Shown piece after piece: positions 1 to 13,500 of a stretch of 64,000 nucleotides of DNA. Under the pieces are notes generated by a model. It searched no databases. It was not told the DNA's origin and saw only the letters and a program-made list of their open reading frames with translations. The position numbers were made by a program, and so were the translations under genes. Source of the stretch: a virus (Duplodnaviria; Caudoviricetes). The DNA is taken from the IMG/VR virus record IMGVR_UViG_3300021255_003843, positions 41,496 to 105,495 of that record; one strand, written 5' to 3'. The stretch's first letter is position 1. Each line of letters starts with the position of its first letter.

Positions 1-3000
1 CTCATACAGACCCATACGGCCCTTCGCTTCGCTTGACACTTCCGCAATATGTGTCATTACGTCAGTGAAGCTATGCTGTGTAATCGTCGTCAAGTTTGTG
101 TTGATGGAGATTTTAGTTTTCCATGGCAGGTCATAACACTTCTGGATCTTGTCTACAAAAGCCCAACAGTTAATATTAATGTCAGGATCAACAAGGTGCG
201 CCGCACTTTGTGTAGAAATATCCGGCCACAAGATCTTGTATTGCTCGCCAGTGACACTATCCTCAAAGCCGTCCATGTTGCTGCCATACAGATCAACATA
301 GTTGATGTCATACTTCGCCTCAGGCTTCGACAGCTTTTCTAAATTATCTAAGGCATCGTCATACAGCTTCTGCTCGTCGCCGTCAACGTAATCATTCTTC
401 TGCCAGTAGCCTTCACGATAAAGATCGCCAAGCTCTGTCTTCAGAGCGTTCTCTAATTCCTTTACGTCATCCTGCGCTGATTTGAGCGCGGGATAACATA
501 CGCCGTAAGCTTCGTCGGCGAGGTCTGCAAACTTCTTTGTCAGCGGCGTAATGCCTTTCAGCTCGCCGCTCGGTACAACGTTCTGCAAAACGACATACGT
601 CTCATCTTCTTTTGTGATGATCTTGTTCGCCACGTTCGGCGTCGAAATCGTCACAGCATCAGCAGTGATTACTCTGTCGCTGACGATACGTATATACTTC
701 GTGCCGCCAACAACCAGATCACCGACCTCAGTCACATGTGTCTGTCCGTAGGGAGTGACGACGCTGCCACCCATTCCATATACTGTTTCATAACCAAGAT
801 ACCTGCGCTCTTCGTCATAGTAGTAGACATCGAGATCGCCGTTGTATCCGTTGAAAACATACTCTGTATTCACGTATGCTCTGATAAAACCGGTACGGTG
901 TTTAGCGTTGTCTTCAACATCGCCGCCGCTGCTCTTGTCGATTGTGCCAACTTCTTGAGCAGACATGCCGGCCAGAATGTTATCCGCATGATAGTTGACG
1001 TTATCGAAACGATACGCTTTCGTTTCGATAACGGTTTCAGCGTCTTTGACCTTCTGCGTGATTGTGCTGACGGTTGAATCATAGGTCAGTGTGTCGCCGG
1101 CATTCAACGTATCTTTTGTCGTGAACACCCAATAATTGCCGTAACCATTTTCAAAAGCGTAGTTACCGCTCGGTAATTCAGCGTCCGCAGTATAGGTATA
1201 GTTCTGATAGATACCTTTGATGTATTTATCTCTCGTCTGCCCGGCGGCATACACCGTACCAAACAGAGCAGACATGCGCTTGTCGGCCACAGTTTCCTTC
1301 TTGGCAGACCACGCGCCGCTCTCTTTGCGATACAGTAAAGATTTTTTCCAGTTGAACCAATAATCGCCAGGCGAATCCGCAGGATCCACGCTGTCTACGA
1401 TGACACGTTTCCATGCGGTATCGCCCTTGTCCGCCCAGCAGAAATAAAGTTCGGAAGGTGTCGTGTTGCCTTCGTACCACTTCCACCACCAGCCATAGCC
1501 GTTAAGCGACAGCGCAGAATGAGACGGTTCATCCTTCTCGTAGTACAGAGGATGTTTCACCGTCACTACTTTCACAGCTGTCTCGGCGGCTTGCTGCGTC
1601 GCCTCGTCAGCTGTTTCGTATGCGCCAAGCAAACCATTGACATTATGCTGTGCAAATAAATATACGCGATAAGGAACTGATTGTATATATTTACAATCAT
1701 TAGATGTCAGCCAGAGCGTCAGCACGCTCGGGTTCTCCTCATCGTCTATTTCTTTTAAGTAGGACTTTTCATACTTCAACGGTTCGCCGTTGTAAGGTTC
1801 ATATACAATATAAACAACCGATGCAATATCGTGCACCGGATCGCCATTGCCTTTTAATTCCGTGGCTACCCGCCACTTGAATTGTTTGTCTTCCTTCTTC
1901 GTGTAATCTGTCCTGTACATGACACCTTTTGAGTAATCGTTCGTGTTCAGGTTCAGCTTTACATGCCCGTCCTGCTCTTTCACGATCGTGCAATCAAGCT
2001 TGCAGAAATCAACGGAGCCAATCGTCTCAGACAGCGATGTGATCGCGTTGGCAAACTCCGTCGCCTTTGTATTGACGATCTCCATATACTCCGGCGCTTT
2101 CATCTGGTAATTCGCGATGCGCTGCAACATGCCGTCTGTCAGCAGACCGATGTCGCGGTAGTAATGGAAGTCCATCAGAAAGGAGAACCAGTTCGTTACT
2201 TCTTTGCGCTGAGACTCGTCTTCTGTGAAGAAGGCTTCGCTTTGCGTTTTTTGCTGACTTTCGTACAGAAAATAGGCACGTTCGTTGGCCTCGTCCCAGA
2301 CGTACATACGAGAAGCAGGGTCTAAATCGGACCAGACAACTTTAGATATTTTCTGCAGAGAATCTGAGCTATTTCCGAAGGTAAAATATCGTACAATATT
2401 GATGCCATTCTTGTCGGTCAGGTTGACCTGGCATTCGGTGCCAGGGTCAACCGCCTCACCAATGACGAGAGTGTACACGGTATGTGTGCACTCATCAATG
2501 CCGCAGTAGCCGTTTGTCTTGTCGCCATACGCGCCATAGGCGTACAGCTTCGTGATCATGTTCTCCTCATTCAGCGTGCGCGTAACGTTGCTGACGTTCG
2601 TGCCATAGTGCAACTCGATTACACCTTCGTTCATAACGTCGGGCAGCGCACCATCCTCTGGTTGAGAGAACGGGTTCAGTGGCACAATGTCAACCGTCTT
2701 CGTGTCGCCGTTATAGATCGGTTTCGCCTCGAAGAGGTCACACATGTTCGCTATTAGCTTGAAGGCCCCGGTCTTTGCAGAGGCCTTCAAGCTACGATAC
2801 TTAACAGACGTTCCATCTTTCTCATAGAAAGTGTCTACGTGGCCGGGTGTCCAACCCGTACCTTCAAGAATCGTGTCGAGCAGCATCGCCGCCGTACCGA
2901 CGTTGTTGCCTTCTTCGTCGGAGAATTCAAGCTCAAGACGTTTATGCTTCAACAGCTGGCTGACATGGCCCGCTGTAATGTTTAAGGTTTTCGTATAGTT

Positions 3001-3297
3001 GTTATGCGTGATCTTAGACTCAGACAGGATGAACCAATCGGTCCCGTCATCGTCGATCATTCTCAGCTTATATCCTTCGCGGATATAGGGGATGCGGAAA
3101 TTAGCTTCGTCGCCATCTTCGGTGTGGATCTGCTGCGGCAGAGAAAAAGAGATCTCTTTCCACCCGTTGCGCTCCGTCGTTTTTATGACGTCGTATGCCT
3201 GACCTGATACGTCAGATGTTTGGTCGTACAGTGAGCACTGCTTGTTACCTGAGTAATCAAATACATCAAGTACAAGGTTTCGTCTGTATTTGAGCAA
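1..3297 (-). CDS. Tail tip / Tal-like (tail spike, prophage endopeptidase-type) protein, runs off the window edge
   Basis: Read manually (not in ORF track). TTG start at 3297 after AGAAAGGAAGTG; N-terminus MLKYRRNLVLDVFDYSG...GWKEISFSLP...LLDTILEGTGWTPGHV is typical of tail-tip proteins; follows Dit. Full frame not checked codon by codon. Confidence 0.7.
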   Translation of the reverse strand, partial: MLKYRRNLVLDVFDYSGNKQCSLYDQTSDVSGQAYDVIKTTERNGWKEISFSLPQQIHTEDGDEANFRIPYIREGYKLRMIDDDGTDWFILSESKITHNNYTKTLNITAGHVSQLLKHKRLELEFSDEEGNNVGTAAMLLDTILEGTGWTPGHVDTFYEKDGTSVKYRSLKASAKTGAFKLIANMCDLFEAKPIYNGDTKTVDIVPLNPFSQPEDGALPDVMNEGVIELHYGTNVSNVTRTLNEENMITKLYAYGAYGDKTNGYCGIDECTHTVYTLVIGEAVDPGTECQVNLTDKNGINIVRYFTFGNSSDSLQKISKVVWSDLDPASRMYVWDEANERAYFLYESQQKTQSEAFFTEDESQRKEVTNWFSFLMDFHYYRDIGLLTDGMLQRIANYQMKAPEYMEIVNTKATEFANAITSLSETIGSVDFCKLDCTIVKEQDGHVKLNLNTNDYSKGVMYRTDYTKKEDKQFKWRVATELKGNGDPVHDIASVVYIVYEPYNGEPLKYEKSYLKEIDDEENPSVLTLWLTSNDCKYIQSVPYRVYLFAQHNVNGLLGAYETADEATQQAAETAVKVVTVKHPLYYEKDEPSHSALSLNGYGWWWKWYEGNTTPSELYFCWADKGDTAWKRVIVDSVDPADSPGDYWFNWKKSLLYRKESGAWSAKKETVADKRMSALFGTVYAAGQTRDKYIKGIYQNYTYTADAELPSGNYAFENGYGNYWVFTTKDTLNAGDTLTYDSTVSTITQKVKDAETVIETKAYRFDNVNYHADNILAGMSAQEVGTIDKSSGGDVEDNAKHRTGFIRAYVNTEYVFNGYNGDLDVYYYDEERRYLGYETVYGMGGSVVTPYGQTHVTEVGDLVVGGTKYIRIVSDRVITADAVTISTPNVANKIITKEDETYVVLQNVVPSGELKGITPLTKKFADLADEAYGVCYPALKSAQDDVKELENALKTELGDLYREGYWQKNDYVDGDEQKLYDDALDNLEKLSKPEAKYDINYVDLYGSNMDGFEDSVTGEQYKILWPDISTQSAAHLVDPDININCWAFVDKIQKCYDLPWKTKISINTNLTTITQHSFTDVMTHIAEVSSEAKGRMGLYE

Positions 3298-3319
3298 AGG
3301 TGCTCACTTCCTTTCTGTC

Positions 3320-4411
3320 TTATGCAAATGTAGGTTTATATAAAATATCGAGCTTCGTCAGATTGATAGTGCCGCCATTAGGATAAGCGCTGACATACAG
3401 CTCGTTCATTTTCAATATCTGCGCTTTGCCGTTCTTCTCATCGGTCACAGTTTTATTGATGCCAGCAGTGCTGTCGTCGGTCACGTTCACGATCTTCGCG
3501 CTCGTTCCGTCGGCGAAGTACACATACCGGTTGACCATGTCGTAATTAAACTTGCCGTCGCTCTTGAGCGTTTTACCATCTTCGCCGATCGTAATGTCGA
3601 TGTTGCGGTAAGCTGGATAGCCGGGCTCAAGCTCGATGAATCCGTAATCGTGATACAGGAAGCCAGGGCTCGACACCGTGCCGTTTGTCAGGATTGTCTG
3701 CCCGTTCAGGCTATCGCACTGCACATAATGATTGTTCGCACAAACCTCTGGCGTAATTGCAACGAAGCGGCAGTTCTGTCCCGTTGTACGGTTAGAGATC
3801 ATTAAGCCAGTGCCAACGTCGCCGGCAATCCGCACGGCGATCTTGGCGCGCTCAGTACCGGGGTTGTACAGCAGCAGCTCTTTGTTCTCGGTGATCGGCT
3901 CGCTTGCGGAAGCAAACGATGTTGTCATGTCGATTGTACCTTCAGGCAGCAAAGCAGAGTTCGCCAGCAGGCTTGCTTCGTCTTCGCAGCCATCAGGGAT
4001 AGACATATAGTCCGTTCTCGCGTAGGGGTAGTAGGCCCGTAATGAGATCGAGACGATGCCGTTCTGGTAGTTCGTCATCTGCCCGACATCAACGCCGGTC
4101 ACTGTCGCCACGTACCAGCACCAGGGACGCTTCTTGAACACAAGCCGCCCTGTTGCGTTGCGGCGGAAGACACTGTAAATCCTAGTGAGCACGCCGTTGA
4201 GCACATGTTGATCCTCATAAAAGCAGCGAAGAACAAAGTCCTTGGGTTGCAGTGTGCTACCGTAGTAATAGCCGCCGTCGTGACCGTCGAAAACTTGCTC
4301 ATGCGGTTTATGCGTAGCAGGCTTATACACGTAGGTGTTGCTCAGGTCCGGCGCATATTCAAGCTCAAGATCTGCAATGTCGATCCCGTTAAAGGTGAAT
4401 CCTCCAGTCAT
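3320..4411 (-). CDS. Distal tail protein (Dit)
   Basis: ATG at 4411 after AAGGAGG; GFTFNG start, DGGYYYGSTLQPKDFVL and GRLVFKKRPWCWY motifs; directly after the TMP. Confidence 0.8.
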   Translation of the reverse strand: MTGGFTFNGIDIADLELEYAPDLSNTYVYKPATHKPHEQVFDGHDGGYYYGSTLQPKDFVLRCFYEDQHVLNGVLTRIYSVFRRNATGRLVFKKRPWCWYVATVTGVDVGQMTNYQNGIVSISLRAYYPYARTDYMSIPDGCEDEASLLANSALLPEGTIDMTTSFASASEPITENKELLLYNPGTERAKIAVRIAGDVGTGLMISNRTTGQNCRFVAITPEVCANNHYVQCDSLNGQTILTNGTVSSPGFLYHDYGFIELEPGYPAYRNIDITIGEDGKTLKSDGKFNYDMVNRYVYFADGTSAKIVNVTDDSTAGINKTVTDEKNGKAQILKMNELYVSAYPNGGTINLTKLDILYKPTFA

Positions 4412-4430
4412 AAATAACCTCCTTCTTTTC

Positions 4431-4457
4431 CATATATATCCATTCTCGAGTGTAATC
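4431..4457 (-). promoter_or_regulatory. 27-bp repeated motif, candidate phage late promoter (copy 1)
   Basis: GATTACACTCGAGAATGGATATATATG just upstream of the Dit RBS; near-identical copies at 36107, 43806 and 59869. Confidence 0.7.
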
Positions 4458-4474
4458 ATTATTTTACGCACTTG

Positions 4475-4521
4475 TAAGCGTGCGCCCTACCCCTTTTAAA
4501 GGGGTAGGGCGCACGCGCTTA
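4475..4521 (-). terminator. Long hairpin after the TMP gene
   Basis: GCGTGCGCCCTACCCCTTT / AAAGGGGTAGGGCGCACGC inverted repeat. Confidence 0.7.
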
Positions 4522-4553
4522 TCTAGCATTTGTTTATTAAATATATATAATCC

Positions 4554-7500
4554 TTAGAAAGAATAGCTCATCGTATTAAAGCCTTGCTTCGAAAGCTCTT
4601 TAACAAACTTCTGTCCAACACGCTGCGCGACCTCGTCAAAGTCGGCGTCATCCTTGAACTGAGCTTCTGTGATGTTGATCACAAGCTCGCCAATGTTCTG
4701 GCTGTTTCCACTGAACGAGTTGCTGTCGATATTGCTGATTGTAGAACGATAACGCACAACCTTTGCCTCGTCTAAGAAGCTGCGTATCAGAGCGGTATCG
4801 TCGGCGCTAAGGAAAGCTTCGGGCTTAGCTTTAGTGCCGTCAACCCAGGCGGGACCAGTGAAATCAACTAAACCACCGGAATCAAAGCCAAATAATTTCT
4901 TAACGTTATCGGCCAGTTTGTTGGCAGTAGCAGATATTGTTTGAGCAACTTTACTCGTTGAACCAATTTTGTCTGTGCCAGAAGAAGCAGTGTCGTAATG
5001 AAGAGCTCTGGAATTGTCAACGTAAGCGCCATTGTTATCTTGAACATTGATCCTGTCAGCGTCTGTTGTGGTATTCGCATTATTGCCAGACCCAGAACCG
5101 GATCCAGATTTCTTACTCGATCCATTTGTCCCAATCCCGCTCAGACCATTATCGCTATGACTATAGACAGCATCACGCTTTTGCGCAGCAATCCAGTTAT
5201 CATACATCTCGCCCCAATCGTAAAGCATTTGTTTCTGCTCATCCTCTGAAGCATTGATGTAATCCTGACTTGCCATCATGTAATTCAGGAACAAGTCTTT
5301 GCCGCTCAAGATATCAGCGATTTCTTCCCAGTAAGTGTGCGTATAACCAATCATTTGCTCGTAGGTGTCGATCCAACCCTGGATCATCTGCTTCTGCGCA
5401 GCGTCCATTGCTAAGCCGTACTCTTCTACGTTAGCCTTCAACCAATCGAGCATACCTTCCTGGCTCATCTGCATTACCTGGTTTACCTCGTCAGCCAGAT
5501 TGTTGGCGTCTTCAAGCCAGGCTTCAAGATCTTCGCCGCCGTAGTTAACGAAATCATCGTAAGCCTGCAGCTGGCTATCGATCTGTTCCTTTTGGTAATC
5601 AGCTTCATCTTCGGCAACATCCCATGCAATCTCTTTCTCGATCTTCGCAATCTGCTCTCTCAGCTTTGCGGCATCCTTTGTGCGGGTGCTGTCCATCTCA
5701 ATCAACGCAAGCTGTTTCTTGTACTCAGAAAGCTCTTCATACTTCTCAGCTTCGTCTTCAGCGTCTTTTCTACGCTGAAGACGTTCGTCAATCAGATTCT
5801 TTTCTTCTTCAAGCGCAGCGCGTTTCTTCTCGATGTCTTTCTCAATCAAAGCCCACTCAGCGCGATAGCGCGCACGGATCGCTTCGATGATGGCGTCTTG
5901 CATGCTGACAGTACCGGCAAGCATATCACGCTCGCGCTGGATACGGTTGTTAATCTCAGTGTCAACCTCGGTTTCAAGATCGGTATGCAGCTTCAGTATC
6001 GCCTGTTCGTTCTCTTCAATCTTCTTTGTATTCTCCTGAATCGCGATGTTTGCTTCCTCGATCGCTTCTTCATAAGCGAGTACACTGTCATACAGGCTCT
6101 TCCAATCGTCGCTGTTCTTCTTCGTCCTTGCCATCTGCTTCTTCGTTGTTTCGATATGCTTCTCAAGCGTAGCAATCAGGCGCTTCTGAGCATCGTTCTC
6201 AAGCTCGATCATCCGGTTCTGGTTGCCTATCTCGCTGGCGTTTTCATACTTTGTCTCTTGATACTGGATCATCTTAATCTCGTGATTCAGCAGAGCTTGT
6301 TCGCGCTTCAGGCGTTCAAGCAGTTTCTGAGCAGCGGACTTACCTCCGCCGCCTCCGCCGCCTCCACCACCGCTACGTCCTTTACCAAGATCGGTAGTCT
6401 GGAACTGTAGTTTAATATTGCTGCCGTCGGATGTAACGACACCAGTTGCTTGCATACCCATTCGCGAAAGTGTTGCCATGATCTCTTGAATTTGAGCTTG
6501 CGCTGCACCAGTTGCTTCGTTGGCAAGCTGAGACAAGTCAACAGTTACTTGACCTTTATCAACCAGCAACTGAATTTGGGATCCGTCCAAACCAAGATTC
6601 TGCAGTTTCTCGTTGAACGTACCTTGCAGACCTTCTGTCAACATGGTGCCAGCAGTATTCAGATAATTGTCAATCGCTTGCTTATCTTCAGTTTCCCAAT
6701 CTTTAATTGCTTGCTGTACAGGGGTGCCGCCTTTTCTTAAATCTTTTTTATCTAAGCCAGTACCTTGCGCAATAGCAGAGAGCACGTCGTTACTTCTATC
6801 ACCTTTTTTGTATTTCTCTCGATAATACTGATTGTTAGCGATAGCATTGATGCCCTGCCGGAACGATTTCATATATGCATTAGAATCTTTAATGTCTCCG
6901 CTAAGTGCTCTAACGCCGCTTGCAATATCTTTTGAAGCTTTATTAAATTTATTATACTGTTCAATCTTTCTTGCAGAGAACTCGCCGTTCAAGGCGGTCA
7001 TATCATATGTAAAATCCTCTGTTGCATTGCCGATCGCATAAAGAAGATCAGCTCCACCTTCAATATCACTCAACCATTGAGCAAAATCTTCGTGACTTGC
7101 TATATAAGATTGAACAGTAGCAAGCTGTTCTGTGTTTAAATTTAGCGAACTGCTTGTACCAAATCCTTCACCAAATTGCTGCCTGGCAATTTCCATATTG
7201 TTATTGAATAATTGATCTCGATAAAGAGGAGCATAGCCAGTGCCTTGGATCAGGGCATTCCGCATCTGGTCATATGTCCATCCGTGCTCGCTATTATAAA
7301 AGATTTCATCAAAGCCGCTGCCAAGCATACGAGCTCCTTCGTCCTTCTTCAGATAATCTAAAAGCTCGGCGTCGCTATTGATGGCCGCTATCAGAGATTC
7401 CTGATCTGAACTTTGCATAGCCAATCTTGCCAAACGGTTCTTATATGTCTCCGCTTCTTTTTCAGGTTCAACATTAGCTGCTGCACCTTGCGTTAAGATT

Positions 7501-10500
7501 TCATAAGCAGTTCTGTTATCAGTTATTTCGCTAATGCCAGTAATTTGTCCATCTTTCTCTGTCAGCTGTAACCCAGACATATCAAGCAGTTGTTCGACAA
7601 GCTCTCTAATTTTTTGATTGCCATCCTTAGCCAGATCTGAAAGGCTACTGAGCTCAGGGAAAGCTCCAACAATTGCTGCTTCCAAACTATCTCGTATCTT
7701 TTGTTGATCGCCTTTTAAATCTTTTGCAAGATCTTTCAGTTTTTCAGGTGTCTTTTTATATTCTTTTATTTCTTCATCTGTGAGTTGAGCTTTTGTCTGT
7801 AGGTACTCCCAATCAGTCTCAGTAAGATTAGCTTGATTATCATACATTGTTTGAGCGATTTGAGCTGCTTGACTTGTGCGTTGAAGCTCAGAGCCTTCTG
7901 CGCTTATTAATCTTCTCTCTTCTCTGGTGGGTCCTTTTGTACGATCAATGTCTGCAAGCCTCTGCGCAAGTTCAGCGCTACCAGCTTTCAGCTCTCCATT
8001 GCGTTCTCGCTCATAAACAGTTTGATAAGCAGACCCGGCTTTAAGCGCATCTATCTGATATTTCTCAAGCTGCTGCCCAGACATCACAGCAGAGTAAGCT
8101 TCGTTAAAGCCCTGCACGTTATTTGTCAGATAATCAAGCATCGTCGGGTTATTCTTTCTCAACTCTTCGAGCTTTGCCTTGTCGCCATTGAGAGCAGCTG
8201 TAATGTATTCAGATACACCGGACGTTGTCATCCTCGTAGCGTTCGGAGCCGTAATACCGTACGCGCCGTTCAACAGCATGGCGCGAATAGCGTCAACGTC
8301 GCCTCGCTCTATAGCCGCAAGGAAATCAGTGTTACTAAGTAGATCTGTCGCAGCGGTTGTTTTATATCCATTTGTACGCTGTACTAAATCGACATAACTT
8401 CTGAAATCGCCTAAATTGCCATTACTCAGTTCGAAAGAATTCAGCATTGCTTGATAATCAGTGCTTTGATCTCCCTGTCCAAGCGCTGCTCTTGTATCCA
8501 GCGCTCGTGCCAATTGCTGAGCCCATGTCAACTGCGCGTCAGCTTTGCCGCCATACTGCATCTGCCATTGCCCATTCTCGCCGCGCACAATTTCACCAAG
8601 CTGAGAAGCACGAAGTCGTTGATTCACTTCAGCTACTTGAGCATCTGTCATGCCAGTAATCATATCGCTTGTAGACTTCTGCGTCCTACCAGGCTTAGAC
8701 ATCCCAAGCATTACCTTGATGCGCTCTAAGAAGCCTTCTGGTTGCTTAGTTTCGTATGCGGCATCACCAAGCTGATCCACCAATATTTGGTCGACAGCTG
8801 TGCTGACAGTAGTGTTGCGAAGCTTCTCAACCTCTTCCATTGCATATCCGTAATCATTTGCTAAGCTGCGTTCACCAGACTGATATTGCGCAATAACGTT
8901 GTCGCCAATATTAAAGGCATTCTTGATCGTATTCCAATCCTCTGGCCGCTGTATTCCTTGACCAGAAGTTAAGCGTTTATAAGCCTGCTGCACCTCATCG
9001 AGGTTAGTGATCTGCTGTCCAAGCTGATTCATCTGGCTAATGCTATCAATGATATTGCCGTTAGCAATCGTCGTCAGTTGATTACTGAGACCAGATAACA
9101 CTTTACCTTCTTCTTCGAGTGCGCCGATTACCTCATTGCGTATCGCATCGGCCAAAGTCTTAGCAGCTTTGGCCGCAGCTTCGCTGTCAGAGCCATACGT
9201 CGCAAGATAATCAAATAAACCAGGGAAGCTCTTTAACTGGCTTTGAATACCATCTTCTAATCCTGCAAACATATCTTTCGCACCGTCGCCAGCTTCCATC
9301 AGCTTACTGATTTCTTCCAGCGTTTTGGCAGTTGTCATTTGCGGAGTATAACCAACAAACGGATTATCTGTAAACGATTCCTGCGCTTTCTTTTTTAGAT
9401 CGTCTAATTCCTTTTGATCAACTGTTTCTCCATTGTTTTGTTTTTCAATTAACTGCAAATATCTGAGAAGCTCAGACGATTGACCAAGCTGACCAAGATA
9501 TTTTTCACCAGCCTGCTGCAAGCTCATATTATTATCAAGCACATCTTTTATCATCGCTCTATTGGAAGCGTTTGAGAAAACACCGCTTGTGTTATACAAA
9601 TTTTTCCAGTTATCATACCATAAGCCTTGCAATAAACTTTCTCCATTTTTTCCGACAAGATTACCGTTTTCATCAAACGACAGCCCGAGCCCGCTCATCA
9701 CGTCAGAACCTACATCCGAATTGGCCGCATTAAGCAAGCTAATAAAAGCAGGTAAATACTGATTTTGTCTTATAAGCTCTTCACCGACGGACAGTTTTAA
9801 ATCATCCCAATTGTCTGCAGTAACTTCTTTATCAAACCCAGAAAAACTCTTCATCGATTCTATAAAGCTTTGTGCTTCTGCAAAGTCATATGATTTCTCT
9901 TGTATGTCAGACATCTGTTGAATTGTACTAACCCAGTTGTTAATACCTTCGGTGGCAGTTTTTATCTCATCATCTGTTCCGTATAAGCCAGTAATCCAAC
10001 CAGCTTGATCAGAAGTGATCCGGCTTAATGCCTGCAAGCGATTTAAGTTACGAGTATTGTACGCCTTTCGATACTCAGCTTCCGCTAACTGGTATTCGTC
10101 AGCTTCTCTATTTCCTATCAATCCAGACATTGTATATACATTTGACAAGATTCCAGAACCGCTGTTGTTCTGCCATATTGCCTGTTCAGTCGGAGTTAAA
10201 TTATTCTCTATATATTTACCAAACGCTTGCGGTGTCGCAAATTGATTAGAGCTTATTAATCCATAGAGCTTATTAGCCAATTCATACTGGCTGTTTTCAG
10301 ATTGCATTGCTTTATACGGATTGTACAAGCTTCTGTTCTCATAAGTCAATCCGCTTAAATCTGATAAAGTCTTGCGATCAAACAGGCCATATGCGCCGCT
10401 ATAATCACTATATCTCGCGTTTAATCCAAGCTTGTTCATAGCAGCGTCAAGAATAGGAGTTCCGTATTGCGCACCAAGATAATCATAACTGTAAGCAGCA

Positions 10501-13500
10501 TCGTTCTGAGCTTGTAACAATCTCGCATTTAAGTCCGTTGAGGCCCCTGTCATCGTAATATTTCTATGCGTTACATCAGCGTTTATAAAATCATTTTTGT
10601 TAATACCGATTAAGCTGAACAAGTTTTCGTCAATAGCATCCAGTTCTGTACCATTGTTAAGATATTGACTGATTGTATTGTATGCTACAACCCTGTCATA
10701 CACATCGTTAATATTCTGTACCATTTTATCTCTAAGCGCTTCGCGGCTTGTTGTTTGAGCTGAACCATGTCCTTCAGATAAAGCTTGAATCACCATATTC
10801 GTAAGCCCATCGGACACTTGGCCACTTCTTTCTTGTAATCTTAACCATGCTGTCTTTAAGATATCCAAAGCGTTATTTCTATCGGCGGTAATCTTGCTGC
10901 TATTCAATGTTGTAATAGCGTTTGCAACATCCGATCCATACACACTGGTTATCGCAGCCAGCTCGTCTTCTGTAAGCTGAACATTAAAATTACCGCTGTT
11001 TAATTGGGCGGCGGCTTTAAGTACAAGCTTTTGAGCCTGCTCTTCTGTTGTAGCCATCGACGCTTGGTTGATATCAAAAGCAGCGTTCGGTCTGTTGTAA
11101 TTAACAGAGTTAAACCAATTTTCTTGGAACCCTTTGCCGTTCGTAAGACCCAGCTGCTCAGCTTGCGCCTGAGTCATTAAACCGGCGTGAATCGCAGAGC
11201 CATATGTGTTTACCAAAGCTTGTCTATAATCACTGCTGTTCAAATACGCCACATACTCTCGAGCAGCTGCGGCTTCATTGCCAAAGAAATCTTTGTCGCT
11301 CTTGCCAGCGTAAGTAGAAGATCCGGCTTTAATAAGCTCCTGATATTGAGACGGAATATTTGCCCAAGCAATAGTGCCAGAAGCTAACCGATTTGCAAAC
11401 TGTCCGGCGATCGCTTGATTACGCATGGTTTCAAGTTCTGTGTTGAAAGTTGTTTGCGCCTCATGTTTCTGAATTCCATTTCTTGAAAACTGGTCAGCTA
11501 ACTCAACGAGATCCTTGATCAGCGTACCGGCTTTCAAAACTTCTTCTATGCCTTCAGACTTAAACTTGATCTTAATCTCAGTTTCTAACTCTTTCTTGCG
11601 TGCCGCATCAGTAGTGTTTATCCACTCATACAGCTCTGGATATGCACTCTTGATCTCGTTTAAATACTCTCCATATTTTTTCTTAGCTTCATCGGCATTA
11701 AGATCAAAGTTGACAATATTTGAAGCGACAGATCTCAGCTGTCTGGATGTATAAAAATTGTTGCCGTTAGCGGCCAGAGGATTTTCTTCGACATATCCTT
11801 GACCGGTATATGTTGTTGAAAATTGTTTATCTTGTCCGATAGTTGTTCTATAACCAGCAGATTTTGCGGCCTGCGTAAACTGCTGAAACTCTTGTCGAGT
11901 AGACTCGTCGGTTATACTATTCGCGTAAAGTTCCATAATTCTATCAGTAAAATCAAGGCCTTTATTTTCTTTTCTGAGCTTATTCCACTCTTCTTCATCC
12001 ATTGATTTAACGAAACCGCCAAGCAGATCTTGCATATAAACATTGAACCCGTGCGCACTTTCTTCTCTTGCTTTATTTAATCTGCTATTTTCAAGTGTCA
12101 TGTACAAACCTCTGTTTGCATCAAAGTTTGTCCTATTAACACCCCACTGTTTAGCAATTAAATCGTATTGATCCGCACTCGCAGTACCAGCATTTATAGC
12201 ATTGTATGCAGCAAGTTCTTGACCATAACTCATATTACCAGACAAAATACTGGCCGTATAATCCGTTAAAGAGCTTTGTAAAACTTTACCTTGTAAATAA
12301 TCTCTGAATTGATCCAACGTATATTTGCCGGTGCCAACTTTAAGATCTTTAATCATTTTAGCAAACTCTGCGTCGTTTGTCATAACGCCCGTCAGATTAG
12401 GTATTTGTTTTTCAACATTGGATATCATATCAGCCATATCTTGATAAGAGCTGGCTTGCATGGCATATGACAACACATTTTTATATACATCTGTATATTC
12501 TTTATCATTTAAACTATAATCATTAACAAATTGATCTAAATTTCGATAAGCATTTAATCCAGCTGAAGTTTTTATTCTATTTATGTCAAAATCATCGTAA
12601 TTTAATTCAATAATATCAGACGTTTTTTGAATTATTGATTGTTTATAATTGCGATATGCTTCTTCAGCTTTATCTAAATCGTCAAAACCAAACAATTGCT
12701 TTCCATTTTCATCGGTGTAGAAATATTTGTATTTATTATTTGCTTTCTTAGCTGCATCCTGGAATTGTTGTGGTGCTTTATATGTATTTAAATATCTTTG
12801 TAAAGATTCATGTAATGCATCTGGCAAATCTTCAGGCAATACTTGAGCAGTATCTTTCAATAATTGATCCTTTAAATATTTCCGCGCTTCTTCATCTCCG
12901 CCAGTTAAGCTATCTGTATCTCCAAGAATTTGACCTATAAAAGTATCAACTTCTTCTTCTCGCTGTTGTTGATAAGCGTCGGTATATAATTTCTGAATTC
13001 CTTGTCCTTTTGACCCAATTAAATAATTCCTAAACGAGTTTAAGAACTCTTTTTGATGTTCAGGATTAAGATGCGTGATCGACGTAAATACATTTTCTGA
13101 AAACCTGGCTCTCGTTTCATTTCCAAGTTTCTTTAAAAAACTGACGCCATCATCAGTATTTAAGTATATCTTAAATTTATCGTTTAATTTAGGATCATTA
13201 ACATCTATGCCGAGCATTGAAAACAATGCCTTTTGATAGAATTCTTCATATGCTTTTTCAGAAGAAAGATCAATATCGTAAATACTATCAGGCATTATAT
13301 CCGCATAATCAAATGTTATTGCAGAAGTTGCATCAGCAATGTCAGAAGGCAACGTACCAGATGCCCAGTTGACCAAATATTTTTCATTTAATGAAGTACC
13401 TACATTTTTATGTTCAACAGAATGTTGCGATGCATTATAAGCATCTCTTAATTTATCTGGTTTATACGCCGCTTCATAAGCAGCATATTTCATATCAATA